From assembly GCF_006345805.1 (NCBI RefSeq), contig NC_043006.1, forward strand, positions 61,876,001-61,940,000: 64,000 nucleotides of DNA. Reading direction: 5' to 3'. The stretch's first letter is position 1. The number at the start of each line of letters is the position of its first letter. The stretch is from Octopus sinensis (Eukaryota). Both the position numbers and the translations under genes were made by a program. Below are positions 40,010 through 53,014 of this stretch, piece after piece. Below the pieces are notes generated by a model that saw only the letters and a program-made list of their open reading frames with translations, ran no database searches and was not told the DNA's origin.

Positions 40010-40805
40010 GGCGATACCCACGCGCCGTAATATAGAAGATCAGGTGGGGAGGCAGTGTGACCGTAAGCCTTACTTCCACTCCAATCCCAAATGCAGTCTG
40101 TACAACCCAGCTAAAAGCGGAGCCGTAGTCGAACTGGTTCCTCGGTATCGAGAATAAATCAGGCTGTACATTCACCCAATACATTCTACCCTTCCATATC
40201 TAAGCCCCCTCCTTCTGAATGTTCAAACGTTTACTTAGCAATATACAAGCATTAGTGACCTTGACATCAGAATTATCATGAATGCCAGAAGGTCAGTTCT
40301 GGCTCACGATAATTTCTTTCGGGTGAAAATAGAAGGCGACCTATTGTTTGACGTCACCATGGAGTGCTTTGACGGGGCAAAGATCGCTGACATCATTGGG
40401 TATACATCTTGGATTTTCTCAAAAGACGTACACACCCTCGTAGGTCGGCCCTGTATCAAGACGATGGCCTGGCTACCACGAATGGCCACGCGATGGACAG
40501 GTTCATGAAGGACTTGATAAAAATATTTAAGGTGTTCAGCTTGTCCAAAACGGTTACACCAACGGGACTGCTGTCGATATCTTGGACGTAACCTTAGATC
40601 TGAGTACATGAAAGTATTACCCATACAGGATACCCAACGAGGATAGCGTACACATCAACAAGACCTGAAACCATCGTCTTCTCCCCGCTGTTTTTAGAAA
40701 CCTGTTTCCAGGAATTAGTAAGCAACTATCTAATCTCTCGTCCAATAGAGAGATCTTTAGCAGGGCTGCTCTCACTACAATGATGAGATGAAAGTTTACA
40801 GGAAT
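40010..40805 (+). pseudogene. Penelope-like reverse transcriptase fragment
   Basis: DRKPYFHSNPKCSLYNPAKS, FYPSISK, IIMNARRSVL, FDVTMECFDGAKIADIIG, LYQDDGLA, LDVTLDL...YPY...NH, ISKQLSNLSSNREIF; frameshifts and stops present. Confidence 0.85.
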
Positions 40806-40819
40806 CTAAAAAGGGAAGT

Positions 40820-40990
40820 GATGAATCCAGTAAATACGAAAAAATCTTACGGCTGTTTCCGGGAATGTGCGAAGAAGTGTGTGGGTAAATCCTTTTCGAT
40901 TTCAGTAATCCACATTTCCTTCATCAGAGAACACGCACGGATTCAGAATGTTTAATAAAATCATAAAATTATTCATAATATTGTAAGAAT
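40820..40990 (-). repeat. pLTR-like repeat with hammerhead core and extended stem II, copy 1
   Basis: Minus: tct CTGATGA aggaaatgtg...cacattcccg GAA ACAGCCG T A aga (40930-40845); direct repeat of 42070-42240. Confidence 0.55.
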
Positions 40991-42069
40991 ATATTTAAGA
41001 TATTGTAATTATGTACAAGTATAAAATTTTCATAATTTCCGGGGTGCTAGGTCATTGAACAAACGTTCATAGTGTACAACTACTTGGATAATCAAAAATA
41101 AAAAATTAATCCTTAGTTTTACCTGTTTCATGAAATATGCATGATGAGTTCAAAATTTGGTGGTATGAGATAGTCTAAAATGTATAGATTAACTAATTAT
41201 TATACTGAGAAAAAATTGTTAAATAGTAATGTAATTATGCTGCCATGAGATCAAACACTCAGAGAGCTAGTTAAGCAATTGTTTTTTTATCCGTTCGTAG
41301 TATATTAGTGGCTTCCTTAATGCATAATTTCGAAACTTTTGTATGAGTATTATCTGGAGTGGATTAACGCATAATAGACCATTTTAAAAAGTATTTAGTA
41401 GTAGTATTTTTATTTATTTATTGATATAAACGTACAGGGTCGTTGCGTTTTTAGATTCCTTATTTGCAAACTACTTTAAATACGCCGTTTACCTGACTTT
41501 GAAATCAATATTACTCCCTATATACACTTTGTTAGGGTCTTTTATATACGACGTTTCTACGTAAACACTGACCGTCTAAATGTCAGGTCTTTCGGGCTGT
41601 AACTGCATCGTTTATCCTCTGAACAATAATTTTCCTTATTATAATTTAAATATATTTTTCGTTGCTATAATCGACTTCATATTTGGCGTCGTAGAATAGG
41701 ATAATTCAAAGTTGACCTATTAAATATAGAATGATACTGATGCTCTAAGGGGAAGTTCTTATCGATTAACCTAAAGAACATCTTAGGTAGGTTCCTAATC
41801 TGAAAGTAAAATGAAGGGGTAAACCAGATTATATATCCCGTTTCCGAAATGTTTTACTACCAGATTGTCTGCAGAAGTTTGGGTTCCACACGATCTTATA
41901 ATTCAAATGATTGCTATTCCTGTTATGTCAATATTTGAGCCTGAATACAAGAGGAACAGTGTCATAATCAAAATCGGATGAAAAATTGCATAAATACATA
42001 GACAGAGCAACAAGTCTCGAGCTGAAGAGTTTACTGTCCACCATAATCTGAAAAGGTAAGTCCTCAGAA

Positions 42070-42240
42070 TGCAATAAATACAAAAGAAACTTGCGGCTGT
42101 TTCCGGGAATGTGCGAAGAAGTGTGTGGGTAAATCCTTTTCAAATTTAGTAATCTACATTTTCTTCCTCAGAGAATACGCACGGATTCAGAATCTTAAAT
42201 AAAATCTTTAAATTATTCATGATATTTTAAGAATGAGTTG
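42070..42240 (-). repeat. pLTR-like repeat with degenerate hammerhead core, copy 2
   Basis: CTGAGGA...GAAACAGCCGCAAG, with U16.1 replaced by C; visibly similar to 40820-40990. Confidence 0.55.
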
Positions 42241-45200
42241 AAGCATTTAGATTGAAATGAACCATACTCCCATAAAATTCTGCTTTTTACCTTTAAAGAT
42301 CATAAGAGTAAATTTCACGAGTGAACCCAGTATCCGAATGATTTGTCCGATAAAATCGGACCTTGGCAAAATCAGTAAGTCTGTTATGGAAAGTATCATT
42401 CCCTATGAGAAAAGAGGAGTGAAATTACCTGTTTGGTATAGTACCGGGGATGTGTGTGTGTGTGTGTGTAAGTATATGTATGATGTGGTATGATGTGTGT
42501 GTGTACACACGCATATTCCCGAGAGTGGTTGAACATTTCATAGGTTAGTTACGAATAAGTTGAGTTACAGCTGTGACACATTGCGTTCATTAATTTCCAC
42601 TCTTATTAAAACTGCCTTTTTTTTCATGTAAACTGATATTTGACTGCTAAAACGGTACCTCAAAACTAGCTATTAGTGGCCTCTCTTGAAAAGGCTCGAA
42701 ATTTAACAGCACGGTGTTATCAAGTACCTGCAGAACATTACGAATAATAATGGTGCAGAACATGACTAACTTATGAAAGCCACCTAGTGAAGATATTTAA
42801 TGCCATATGCTACACTAATTTTTGGGAACCATTTCTCATTCGAGTAAAGTGTTATTTTTTGTAGCGGTACATCTAGGTGTATGTCATTTATTTGGGATTT
42901 CGTAGAGGAATTTGTCCAGGAACAGTTGAAATATTTGAACAGTTTAAATATAGTTTGAACTTCTGCAGCTGATCCAGTAATCATGTCCTCTCGTGTCGCC
43001 TTTGAGGCGCTTCATTTTTTATACGTTGATCTTTGAGGCGCTTCAGTTTTTATACGTTGTTCCTTTTATGAGACTGCAGCGGACAAATGTATTCAAGGTG
43101 AAGGCGTATCTACTTGCAGCATATTTTGTGTTCGGAATCATATTTTATTGCATGTATGTGTGCATGGAACCTTTTCATCATTCTCCATATTTTCTCTTGA
43201 CTCTTTATTGTTATTTGATTTAAAATAGTAGAGCAACAATCGAAAATCAAAATAATGTAAATTATTCTGTTAATGAATTATATCAGGAATCATAAAGCTT
43301 TCAACAGAACATTCATTTACAAATTTATTCCAAGTTGTTATAATAATAATTTGGAAAAACGGAAAAAACGAATCCTTGAATTTACATCAATAAACATTTT
43401 CGCATGCTTTTCAAAAGGATGGTACCTGTTGAAAACTGATAGAAATATCATAAATAGCATTCACTAATGTTGTGGTAATATTATAAAAATACAAACGCTA
43501 AATATAACTAGATCATTTAAATGCTAAATGAATTGTCTTTCTACAGGCGACATATTTCTAAAAATGGACGCATTCCATTAAATACATGAAATATACATCA
43601 TTGATCTTTAAAAAGACATTTTAGATTACTCTAGAAACACATCGTAATGAACACATAACAAACGAAACATTAATTTGAGATATCTATAAAGAACAATGCA
43701 TTGCTTTAAATGACTTTACATTAAATTACCCGTCATATTCTATAATTGGTGGCCACTAATTGCTGTCTCCATGAAATATATGATATATACGTATGTGTGT
43801 GCGTCTATGTGTGTGTATATGCATGCATATATTTGTATGTATACATAAATTAACACACATATATACATACCTCACCCACGAAAACTTACGTATTCCCATA
43901 CACACACAGAAATGCACATTCTCACAAATGCAGCCACTCACACATATACATTGCGTAGCTATGTATGTAGCACTTTCGTTTGTAATCTCGTAATATACAC
44001 AGTCCTACTAAAGTTTGCTTAATCGAAGCCTTTCGGGCGATGAAAATACATTGAATCGCGAACTTCATAACTCAATCAAACCCAGGTTCAGTGTATATCG
44101 AAAAACTTCAACAAATACAGCAGAAGGGAGAATAATTAATATTTGGTTCAATCTGCTATGCGGCAATACATAGATCAATCTAACGATCCCTCTTTCTTAC
44201 TTAGCAATTATTCTGTAAAGACAACTCATTTAATGCCTTCAGAATAGCCACTTCAAGAACAGACTACTATTCTCTCAACTCTATAAATTATTATACAGTA
44301 AGGATTACGTCCAATCCGCTGCGAACAAAAAGATTATGAAACATTTTATCCTGTCTGTCGTAAAATTTCTTAAGTTTTTGAAAGATACCATATTTCATTT
44401 TTTTTATATTTTTATATTTTTAGTAGAACCTGTATTGTTATTCGATATACATCCTTATTATTCTTAATACAAGGGAGTTCATAAGTATTGAGCCATGTCT
44501 CATTAAACGAACTTACATATCGGTTTTACAAAAAGTTTATGTTCTGATTTTATCACAGTATGATGTCTTAGTATTTTTCACAAATAAGCTATTACATCAT
44601 GTCCGCAGGCCACGGAAAACAAATTTTAAACTGACAGTAAAAGATTTCGGCAACGAACTCTTCATCACAAAGATAACAATACGAATGCCTACTAAGAACG
44701 ACTCCGTGGAAGACACACCGTTACAATTGGCTGAAAAGCATATATCGAAATACGTTAATCAATATAAAGAATACCAATGCCTACTTCTCTTTAACATCTA
44801 AAGTAAACAGATATACATACTCAGACAACCACATACTTTGTTCCACAAATACACGGACATTCACTCATTTATATATACGTTTATCATTATATAACTGTAT
44901 ACCGATGTATCTGATTATATGTGCATGTATATGTAACAGAAAGCTCAGTAACTTTTATTAAACAGGGCAGGCATGATGTAACTGACTGTACTCAATGTGC
45001 GAACGTGTAATTTTATTTCAGCATGGGAACTTCAGAGCCATAGTACCTTATGTGTCAGTTACCAGACAAACAAAATTATTCGCATGTGTGCAGAGACTCA
45101 GTATATCAAAGTGATAAATTGTCCTACAATGTTGTTAAGTTCACTTAGAACATATATGTATTGTAGCATATACGCTGCAATATCACTTTAGGTATAGCCA

Positions 45201-46535
45201 ATATTAATACATCCATCGATATCGAACAATATAAATCTAAAATTTTAAATGCTATTTATTTTATATTTTTTTACAGCACAAGACATTAGTTACCTACAAG
45301 CATATTAGTATACAATTTTTAATATCTTTCTAAAACAGCGAACTAATTCAGTAATAAACATTTAATGCAGTATATAATATGTATGCATGTGAGCGTTCTT
45401 TTGCCCGTATCAGCATTTATATGTGCATGTGTGTATTTATTTTCAAGAGAGAGTATTTGTATATATGTGTTCGTGCGTTTGTATGTGTGTGCGTATGCAT
45501 GTATCTACGTGTGCGTGTGTGTGGGTGTGTGTGTGTGTGTGTGTGAAGGTGTTCCACTTTTGTCTCACAAAGGATGTGAAAAGTTAAAATATTTGCTCAA
45601 GACTAATAATTATCCCCAAAACTAATCTCTTTATGCAAGTCAGTATCATAGCAACATGCTGCTCTTTTGTAAACCTTTATATTGATACCTAACGTATATT
45701 GATTGATGACGAATTTTATTGCCGTAGTTCAGCTTTCAAATTTTGTTAACACAAAGGTATCTTGCAAAAACTCTTGATAGGTTCCACACAAGTATATATG
45801 CGGCATTTTACATACGCGTGTACATAAAGCCCCTGATATAAATAGATTCTCTTAATCAAAAAATACAAAAGAAAAAAAAACATAAACGAAAGGACATACA
45901 ACTAACATAAATTAGCTGTGTGCAGGGGAAATCCCCAGGGGATTTCATCTTCTCGCAGAAAACAGGTCGTCATAGGAATAAAGGGGGAAGGAAAACAACA
46001 TTTTTTTGGTCGCAAAACCCATTTAAATGTTTTATTACTCAGACATCGAAGACACATCATTAGATTGGCGAAAATGGAAAAAAGCAGAAGCAATTTCAGT
46101 TTTCATTTTGAAGGTAAGGGAATAATGTGTAAAACAAACGAGATTACCAGATTCAAAATGTTTAAAATTTAAAGTCTCTAAGTATTTTCTAAACATTTTC
46201 ACGTTACGTAATAAAACCTACTTTGAATCTATTAAGTTAATTCAGTTACGTAAAAACCTTGCAATAATATATCCTGAAAATGTCCATTATGCACACACAC
46301 ATACATACACACACATGCAAACACTCACAAACACATACACACACATACATACTTACAACTATATGTTCATACATGTACATGTATACTCACCCATATATGT
46401 GGATAGATAGGTAGGTATATCGATAGATATATTGATTGATAGATATGACTGGTGTGAATTAGTGTATCACATGTATATATATATGTATGTGTATGTGTAT
46501 GCGTTTGTATGTGTCTGTGTGCCTGTGTATATATA

Positions 46536-46656
<121 letters not shown>

Positions 46657-47090
46657 GCAGATATTTTCTTATTTGGTTGGTAGTCTACATTGATGTAGAT
46701 TTGCAAGTTTACGTATATCAGGATATAGTTCACGATACAGGAATCTGTGTGTAGGAGCATATGAATCACCTCATTTAAGTGTGGCCTTCAAACAGTAAGT
46801 TATTTCTTTACACACAAGACAATATGAACGTAATTTTGGTGGCGACAATTTTTAAGGATAATAATTGGAATTATAAATAGTGCTATTAAGAAAAGCCCCA
46901 ACAGATTTGCTAACTAGGTTACTTCTAAGATAGTATTCGTTAAATTGAAGTAGCTTATGGCATAGTAATTAGAATATAATTTAATCACCGACTCTAATAT
47001 AGATATACGCACACGTACTGAGATATACACATATATACATATGTATATTCATATATATACACAAACATACTATATATATATTTGTATGTG

Positions 47091-47131
<41 letters not shown>

Positions 47132-47395
47132 AGAGAGACATATACGCATTAATACTCACGCACACATACATATATACTGAGGGAATGTTTAGAGAGATAG
47201 ATAGACAGATGGATATATAAAGTGTGTTTTGAAGACGTTTTTAGCAAAATAGATGAAAATTGCTAACGCTAACAGCTTAAATCCCATAAGGCAAGCAAAT
47301 ACACATAGTTACAAAAGTACGTGTACATATATCTATCTATAATATCTATATGTATGTATGCTTAAATATATATATATATATATATATAATGTATC

Positions 47396-48112
47396 TCTGA
47401 GCGAAGTAAAAACAGTAGCTGCACGGCATCGTGAAGTAAATTTGCCACCTGAATGTGAATAACCCGTAAGAGTGGATGCTACTGTAGCTTGTAGCCCCAG
47501 GAAGACATCTCCTCCAGTTGGGTTTTGACGCAATTTCTGTGCCCTATCAGAATTTGCAAATTCCCTAATTTGAAGCCAATCAATTGAGTATTTCTTCAGG
47601 GGGAACTTCAATTTTAGGCTAATTAGATTTCAGTAAAAAACTAAAATGCCCCCATCCTTGGGATGGGCTAGTATTTGATAAAATCAGAAGGTTGCAAAGT
47701 GTCGGTTTGGGGGAAATGTGGTGGAATAGTGGCAGTGGCTGACATTAGGAAATGCGAGAACAAAGTTGTGTAAGCGACAAATATAGAGTGGCAGTGGTGT
47801 GATAACGATAATACAACTAACAATCAAGAATATGCACGTGACGTTGCATATATACTACATACATACAAATGGGGGCCCATTTTAGATTTTTACTGACATC
47901 TAATTAGCCTAAAATTGAAGTTCTCCCTGAAGAAATACCCAATTGATTGGCTTCGAATTAGGGAATTTGCAAATACTGATAGGGCACAGAAAGTCTGTCA
48001 AACGCCAACTGGAGGAGATGTCTTCCTGGTGCTACAAAGTACAGTAGCATCAACACTTACGGGTTAGCCACATTTAGGTGGCAAATATACTTCACGATGT
48101 CGTGCAGCTAAA
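47396..48112. mobile_element. Foldback/MITE-like structure with ~245-bp imperfect inverted arms (family X)
   Basis: 47415-47655 pairs with the reverse complement of 47868-48112 (gccccaggaagacatctcctccagttgg block); family X arms recur at 49826-49942 and 63368-64000. Confidence 0.8.
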
Positions 48113-48683
48113 TACAGACATACACACGTACATATACATCTGATAGGCTAGCAGTGACCGACAACAGAATGTATAGTCGAGTCTTCTGCGTGTCTGACAA
48201 TATATACCTACGTTGTGAATAAAAGTGTAAGGGGGCAGTGGTGTTTTATTGCTTAATTTTCAGTCGTCATCAACCAATGAGCGATAGTTTGGCATGGAGC
48301 TGTCTTCCTGTGTGATTGCTCTGTTTGACGTGTCGAAGTAGAAGAGAAAGCTAATAGGTGTACGTCTGTGTGTGTGTGCATGCTTTCCTTGAGTGTGTGA
48401 GTGTGTGTATGTGTTTGTGTTTTTGCGTGCGCTTGTTCTTGTGTGTGTGTGTGCCTGCTTGATCTTCTGTGTGTGCCTGCTTGTTCTTGTGTGTGTGACT
48501 GTGCGCGAGCGTGTTCTTTTTTATGTATATATATGTGTGGAGGAAGCTACTTGGATTACGTGTGTGTGTGCTTGTGTGAGTGTGTGTGTGTGTGTGTGCT
48601 TGTATGTGTCTGTGTGTGCGACAATGTTTCGTTTTTATGTATTCATGTGTGTGGAATGTAGATATTTATAATATGTATATATA

Positions 48684-48793
48684 GGGAGAATTCACGAAAA
48701 AGACAAAAGACGAAGATAGGTGGTGTAGAAAACAAACAGATGTATTAGTATAACGCTCAGGGTTTGAAAAAGTATTTTACGTTTCAAGCCTAT
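48684..48793 (-). repeat. PLE pseudo-LTR family Y fragment
   Basis: Reverse complement ggcttgaaacgtaaaatac...ctgagcgttatactaatac...accacctatcttcgtcttt matches 52815-52935 and 61265-61390. Confidence 0.7.
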
Positions 48794-49712
48794 ATATCAC
48801 TTTGATCACCTTGACTGACCAGTCCGTCGGGCGTCCATTTGACACCGCTGGTCACAGCACGCTCTCCACTCTTTCCTAGATCACATCTTTCTCACCCACG
48901 TGAACCCAATCGCCCTGCTGTTACCGTATCTCCACCGTCATGGAGGCCTTCCGAGTGGCCGTTTCCACACGCGCGGGTACCACTCGACAACTGCGCGGGT
49001 CCACCGATTATCGGTGAGCCGGGTTACGTGTGCAGCCCATCCAAACTTGCTGCGTGTATATTCTACGATGACATTCCTCACGCCCGACTTCTCTCTGATG
49101 ACCTAGCTACTGATGTGCTCTCTCAACGAGATTCCAAGCACTGACCTCTCCATGGCTCTTTGAGCAGTTACCAATCTGTTCTTTTCTCTTTGTCGTAGCA
49201 CATGTTTCACTACCATATAACATTTCAGGTAGAACTGTGCTATTGATGAGGCTTGCGCGGGTGGCTCTGTCCAACCTTCCCTTGAGCACATTCCTTATGC
49301 CATTAAATGCCTTCCATTCAGCCCTTACTCTCCGTGAGATCTCCTTTTTGATATCTCGGTACATATTCACTTCCTGTCCCAGATAGACGTATTCCTCTAT
49401 TTCATCACTGCTGATCACCATTCAACCTGTTGGTACGTTGTCTGACCGCATGAACTTTGTTTTCAGGCGGTTCACCTTAAGACCTACTGCAGAGCTTTTG
49501 ATGTCGAGCTCAATCAGCATGGTCTGAAGCTGATCCATGGTTTCAGCGATGATTACGATGTCATCAGCAAAACGGAGGTAGGTGAAGAGCTCGCCATTGA
49601 TGTTGACACCGCCTTGCCAGTCGATGCCTCTGATGATCTGCTCGAGACATGCGGTGAAAAGTTTTGGAGAGATCGTATCCCCTCGCTTCACTCACTTCTC
49701 GACCGGCACTCA
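48794..49712 (-). mobile_element. 5'-truncated RTE-clade LINE (RT 3' half, C-terminus, short tandem tail)
   Basis: KRGDTISPKLFTAC, YLRFADDIVIIA, EYVYLGQ, WAAHVTRLTDNRWTRAVVEWYPR...GRPP; 3' tail caaggtgat-caaagtgat. Confidence 0.9.
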
Positions 49713-49724
49713 TATGGGTGATGA

Positions 49725-49825
49725 CAGCAGAGAATTTGCCTCTCTATCCTTGTCAGTGAGGTTGAAAGAGCCATCGGCTTGATGGAAAACGGAAAGGCGC
49801 CAGGAAAAGACGGTATAAAATTCTC
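49725..49825 (+). mobile_element. Inverted upstream RTE RT fragment
   Basis: Plus-strand SILVSEVERAIGLMENGKAPGKDGIK (pre-RT KAPG.DGI motif), opposite in orientation to the adjoining RT. Confidence 0.75.
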
Positions 49826-49942
49826 CATTAAGAAATATCCAATTGATTGGCTTCAAGTTAGAGATTTTGCAAATACTGATAGGACACAGAAAGTGTGTCA
49901 AAAGTGAACTGGAGGAGATGTCTTCCTGGGGCTACAAGTTAC

Positions 49943-50034
49943 AAAGAATAAGTCCTCGGGAGATTTGCTCGACTAGAAGCGGTGCTCCAGCATGGCCGCA
50001 GTCAAATTACTGAAATAAGTAAAAGAATAAAAGA

Positions 50035-50074
<40 letters not shown>

Positions 50075-50079
50075 GTGTG

Positions 50080-50115
<36 letters not shown>

Positions 50116-50188
50116 TGTGTGTGTGTGTTGTGTGTGTTTGTGTTCTCTTATTCTTTTACTTATTTCAGTAATTTGACTGCGGCCATGC
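49943..50188. repeat. SINE family A 3' end followed by a 46-bp inverted copy of itself
   Basis: 49990-50035 versus the reverse complement of 50143-50188: one mismatch; spacer is (CA)n(TA)n(GT)n. Confidence 0.9.
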
Positions 50189-50198
50189 ATATATATAT

Positions 50199-50288
<90 letters not shown>

Positions 50289-50307
50289 CATACACACACA
50301 TACGCAC

Positions 50308-50357
<50 letters not shown>

Positions 50358-51190
50358 GATGTATGTTTATATGTATATATATACTTAATATTATCGACAA
50401 AAATATACTCCGTGTTTTTTGTGATTTTGATTTGTAAAGAATACTCTCCCAATGCACCGGGTGTTGGAACAGCAGAAACTTATGAAGGGGCGAGATAATT
50501 CATCTTTAATCCCAAGCATCCAAGCGTCATGGACATCAATATTCTGCCATTTTTATGGCTTATGAACGTCACGTAAACGATCGAGATCGGAGATCAATAA
50601 TTTCATCTGAGCGTGCACGCTATGTGTAGAGATGAATAAGCTAAAATATGAAATGCAACCATTGACAACCACATATGTTTAACATATGCACATCGTGTAT
50701 TAGCCCATAGCCTGAACAACTGGCGTCGTGGAGAAAACTTTGTGAAGGGGCCGAATGTTAAAACATCTGAGAGTCATGGACAGGGGATATTGGTAAATTA
50801 AAAATATTGCGAAACATCGATGTCCATAACCTTGTTTAGGATTTCACGTTTGTTTATAGTTTTCAGACATTTTAACACCCGTCGCTTTATATTTGAATTT
50901 CTTCTTTCGTATGCATTTTTCGGGCATACCCGCACAAAGTTTGGACGCCAGATTATTATAAGTTGTGGACTGGCGAAATGATATAACTCCGGTCCTAGTC
51001 GTGTACCGTGATATTAAGATAATACAAAAATTGCAAAACACCGATATCCGTGACTTCTGAATTAGATTAGAAGTGAGTTATCTCTCCTGATCATGACTTT
51101 CACGTGTTTTAACACCCGACGCATTGAGACAATAATCTCCGCCACGCCATATAGCAGTCTAACATATAGCTAATACATGTATGCACATGT

Positions 51191-51244
<54 letters not shown>

Positions 51245-51326
51245 TTATACACACAAACACGCACATGCACAACACACACACGTATGTATAAATATATAAT
51301 ATATATATATATATATTATATCTATA

Positions 51327-51392
<66 letters not shown>

Positions 51393-51393
<1 letters not shown>

Positions 51394-51676
51394 CGGGAAG
51401 CTTTATGAAAATAGACAAAAGACGAAGGCAAGTGGAAAACAAACAAACAATTGTATTAGTATGGCGCTCAGGAAATATAAATAAAACAAGTCTTTAACGT
51501 TTCGACAGAAAGATACACAGAGAGAAAAAAACACAGAAAGAAGGAGAGAAAAAAATGCGTGCAGTAACTAACGAACCAACATGGCGATCTGATTTCGGCC
51601 AGAAGTCAAATATCAAACATGAGACGCGAGAGCGAAATTAGGGGAGATAATAGGGTTGAGTGACCAGCTCCAACAT

Positions 51677-51717
<41 letters not shown>

Positions 51718-52932
51718 GGAGAGTATTAGTGCGTATGAGAGGTCTGGGCGTGTGTATGTGTGTGTGTATGAGAGAAGTATTAGTGCGTATGAGAGGTCTG
51801 GACGTGTGTATGTATAGGGTTGGTGTATGTATTAGCATGTATTAGTATGTATTAGTATGTATTAGTTGGTGTATGTATTAGTATGGCACATCAATATGAT
51901 GTGATGTGTAAAGTCGTGTGTGTATGTAGTGTGTGTAGTGTGGAGAGAGGAGAAGAGGGGGAGGGGGGAGAAGAGGGGAAGAGATAGGGGGAGAGAGGGG
52001 GAGAGAGAGGAGGGGAGAATGAAGGGGAGAGGAATGGTAGGAGGAGGGGAGGGAGGAGGAGGGGAGGAGGAAGGGGAAGAGGGAGGGGGGAGAGAAGGGG
52101 AAGTGAGGAGCAGAGGGAAGGGAAGAGGAAAAGGGGAGGAGAAAGAGGGAGAAGGGAAGGGGAGTAGGGGTGAAGAATGAAGGACTGAAGAAGTAGGTGA
52201 GGAGGGGGAGGGGAGGGGGTTAGATGAGGGGGGGAGAGTTGAGACCAAATGGCGTATAAGAGCGAAGAGAGAAGATTCATTCCTGTTCACGGCGCAAACG
52301 GGAATCCGGATGGCCTCTGTGTAAGGACAAACCGAACACAGATAGGTGTTGCAAGTCATGGTCGTCACTACAGAACCTACGTAGACGGAGGAATTGGGAA
52401 TAGGGGATGGAAAGCTTGGTGTGTTCTGGGTGGGAGGAAGAGAAGTTGAGGTATGAGTGTGAGTCTGTGTGTTTGTAGTGAATGGAGGTGGTAAGAGTGG
52501 AGTGAAGAATGCTAACCGAAATGTCGAGGAAGGAGACAGAGGTGTTGGAGATAGTGGAAGTGAAGTGGAGGGCTGGATGGAAAGATTGGACGAAAGAGAG
52601 GAAGGAATCTAGATGTTCACGGGAGAGTGAGGTGGTACCGATAATGTCGTCAATGTAACGACCATATAGTTCAGGAGTGGGACCAGTGAAATTAGAGAAT
52701 ATTATATATATGTATGTGTGTGTGCGTGACACTTCTGTCCGAGTCAAACGCCATGATAGATCGTTAGCCACTACGCACATTTTTTTATCTCCTTGTTTTT
52801 TCTGTGTCCCTTGTGTAGGAGAGCGTAGGCTCGAAACGTAAAAGACTGTTTCTATTCCTGAGCGTTATACTAATACAGCTGTTTGTTTTGGTGTCACCAC
52901 CTGTCTTCGTCTTTTTTTTTTTCGTAAACTCT

Positions 52933-52935
<3 letters not shown>
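51393..52935 (-). mobile_element. Truncated Penelope-like element: RT fragment (~52300-52697), purine tract, pLTR (51393-51655) and inverted pLTR (52735-52935, plus)
   Basis: YGRYIDDIIG...FVQSFHPALHFTSTISNTSVSFLDISV...YKHTDSHSYLNFSSSHPEHTKLSIPYSQFLRLRRFCS; family Y repeats in opposite orientations at the two ends, the typical PLE 5'-inversion layout. Confidence 0.85.
51925..52245 (+). repeat. ~320-bp polypurine (GA-rich) tract
   Basis: Almost only G and A on the plus strand, with many G3+ runs. Confidence 0.9.
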
Positions 52936-53011
<76 letters not shown>

Positions 53012-53014
<3 letters not shown>

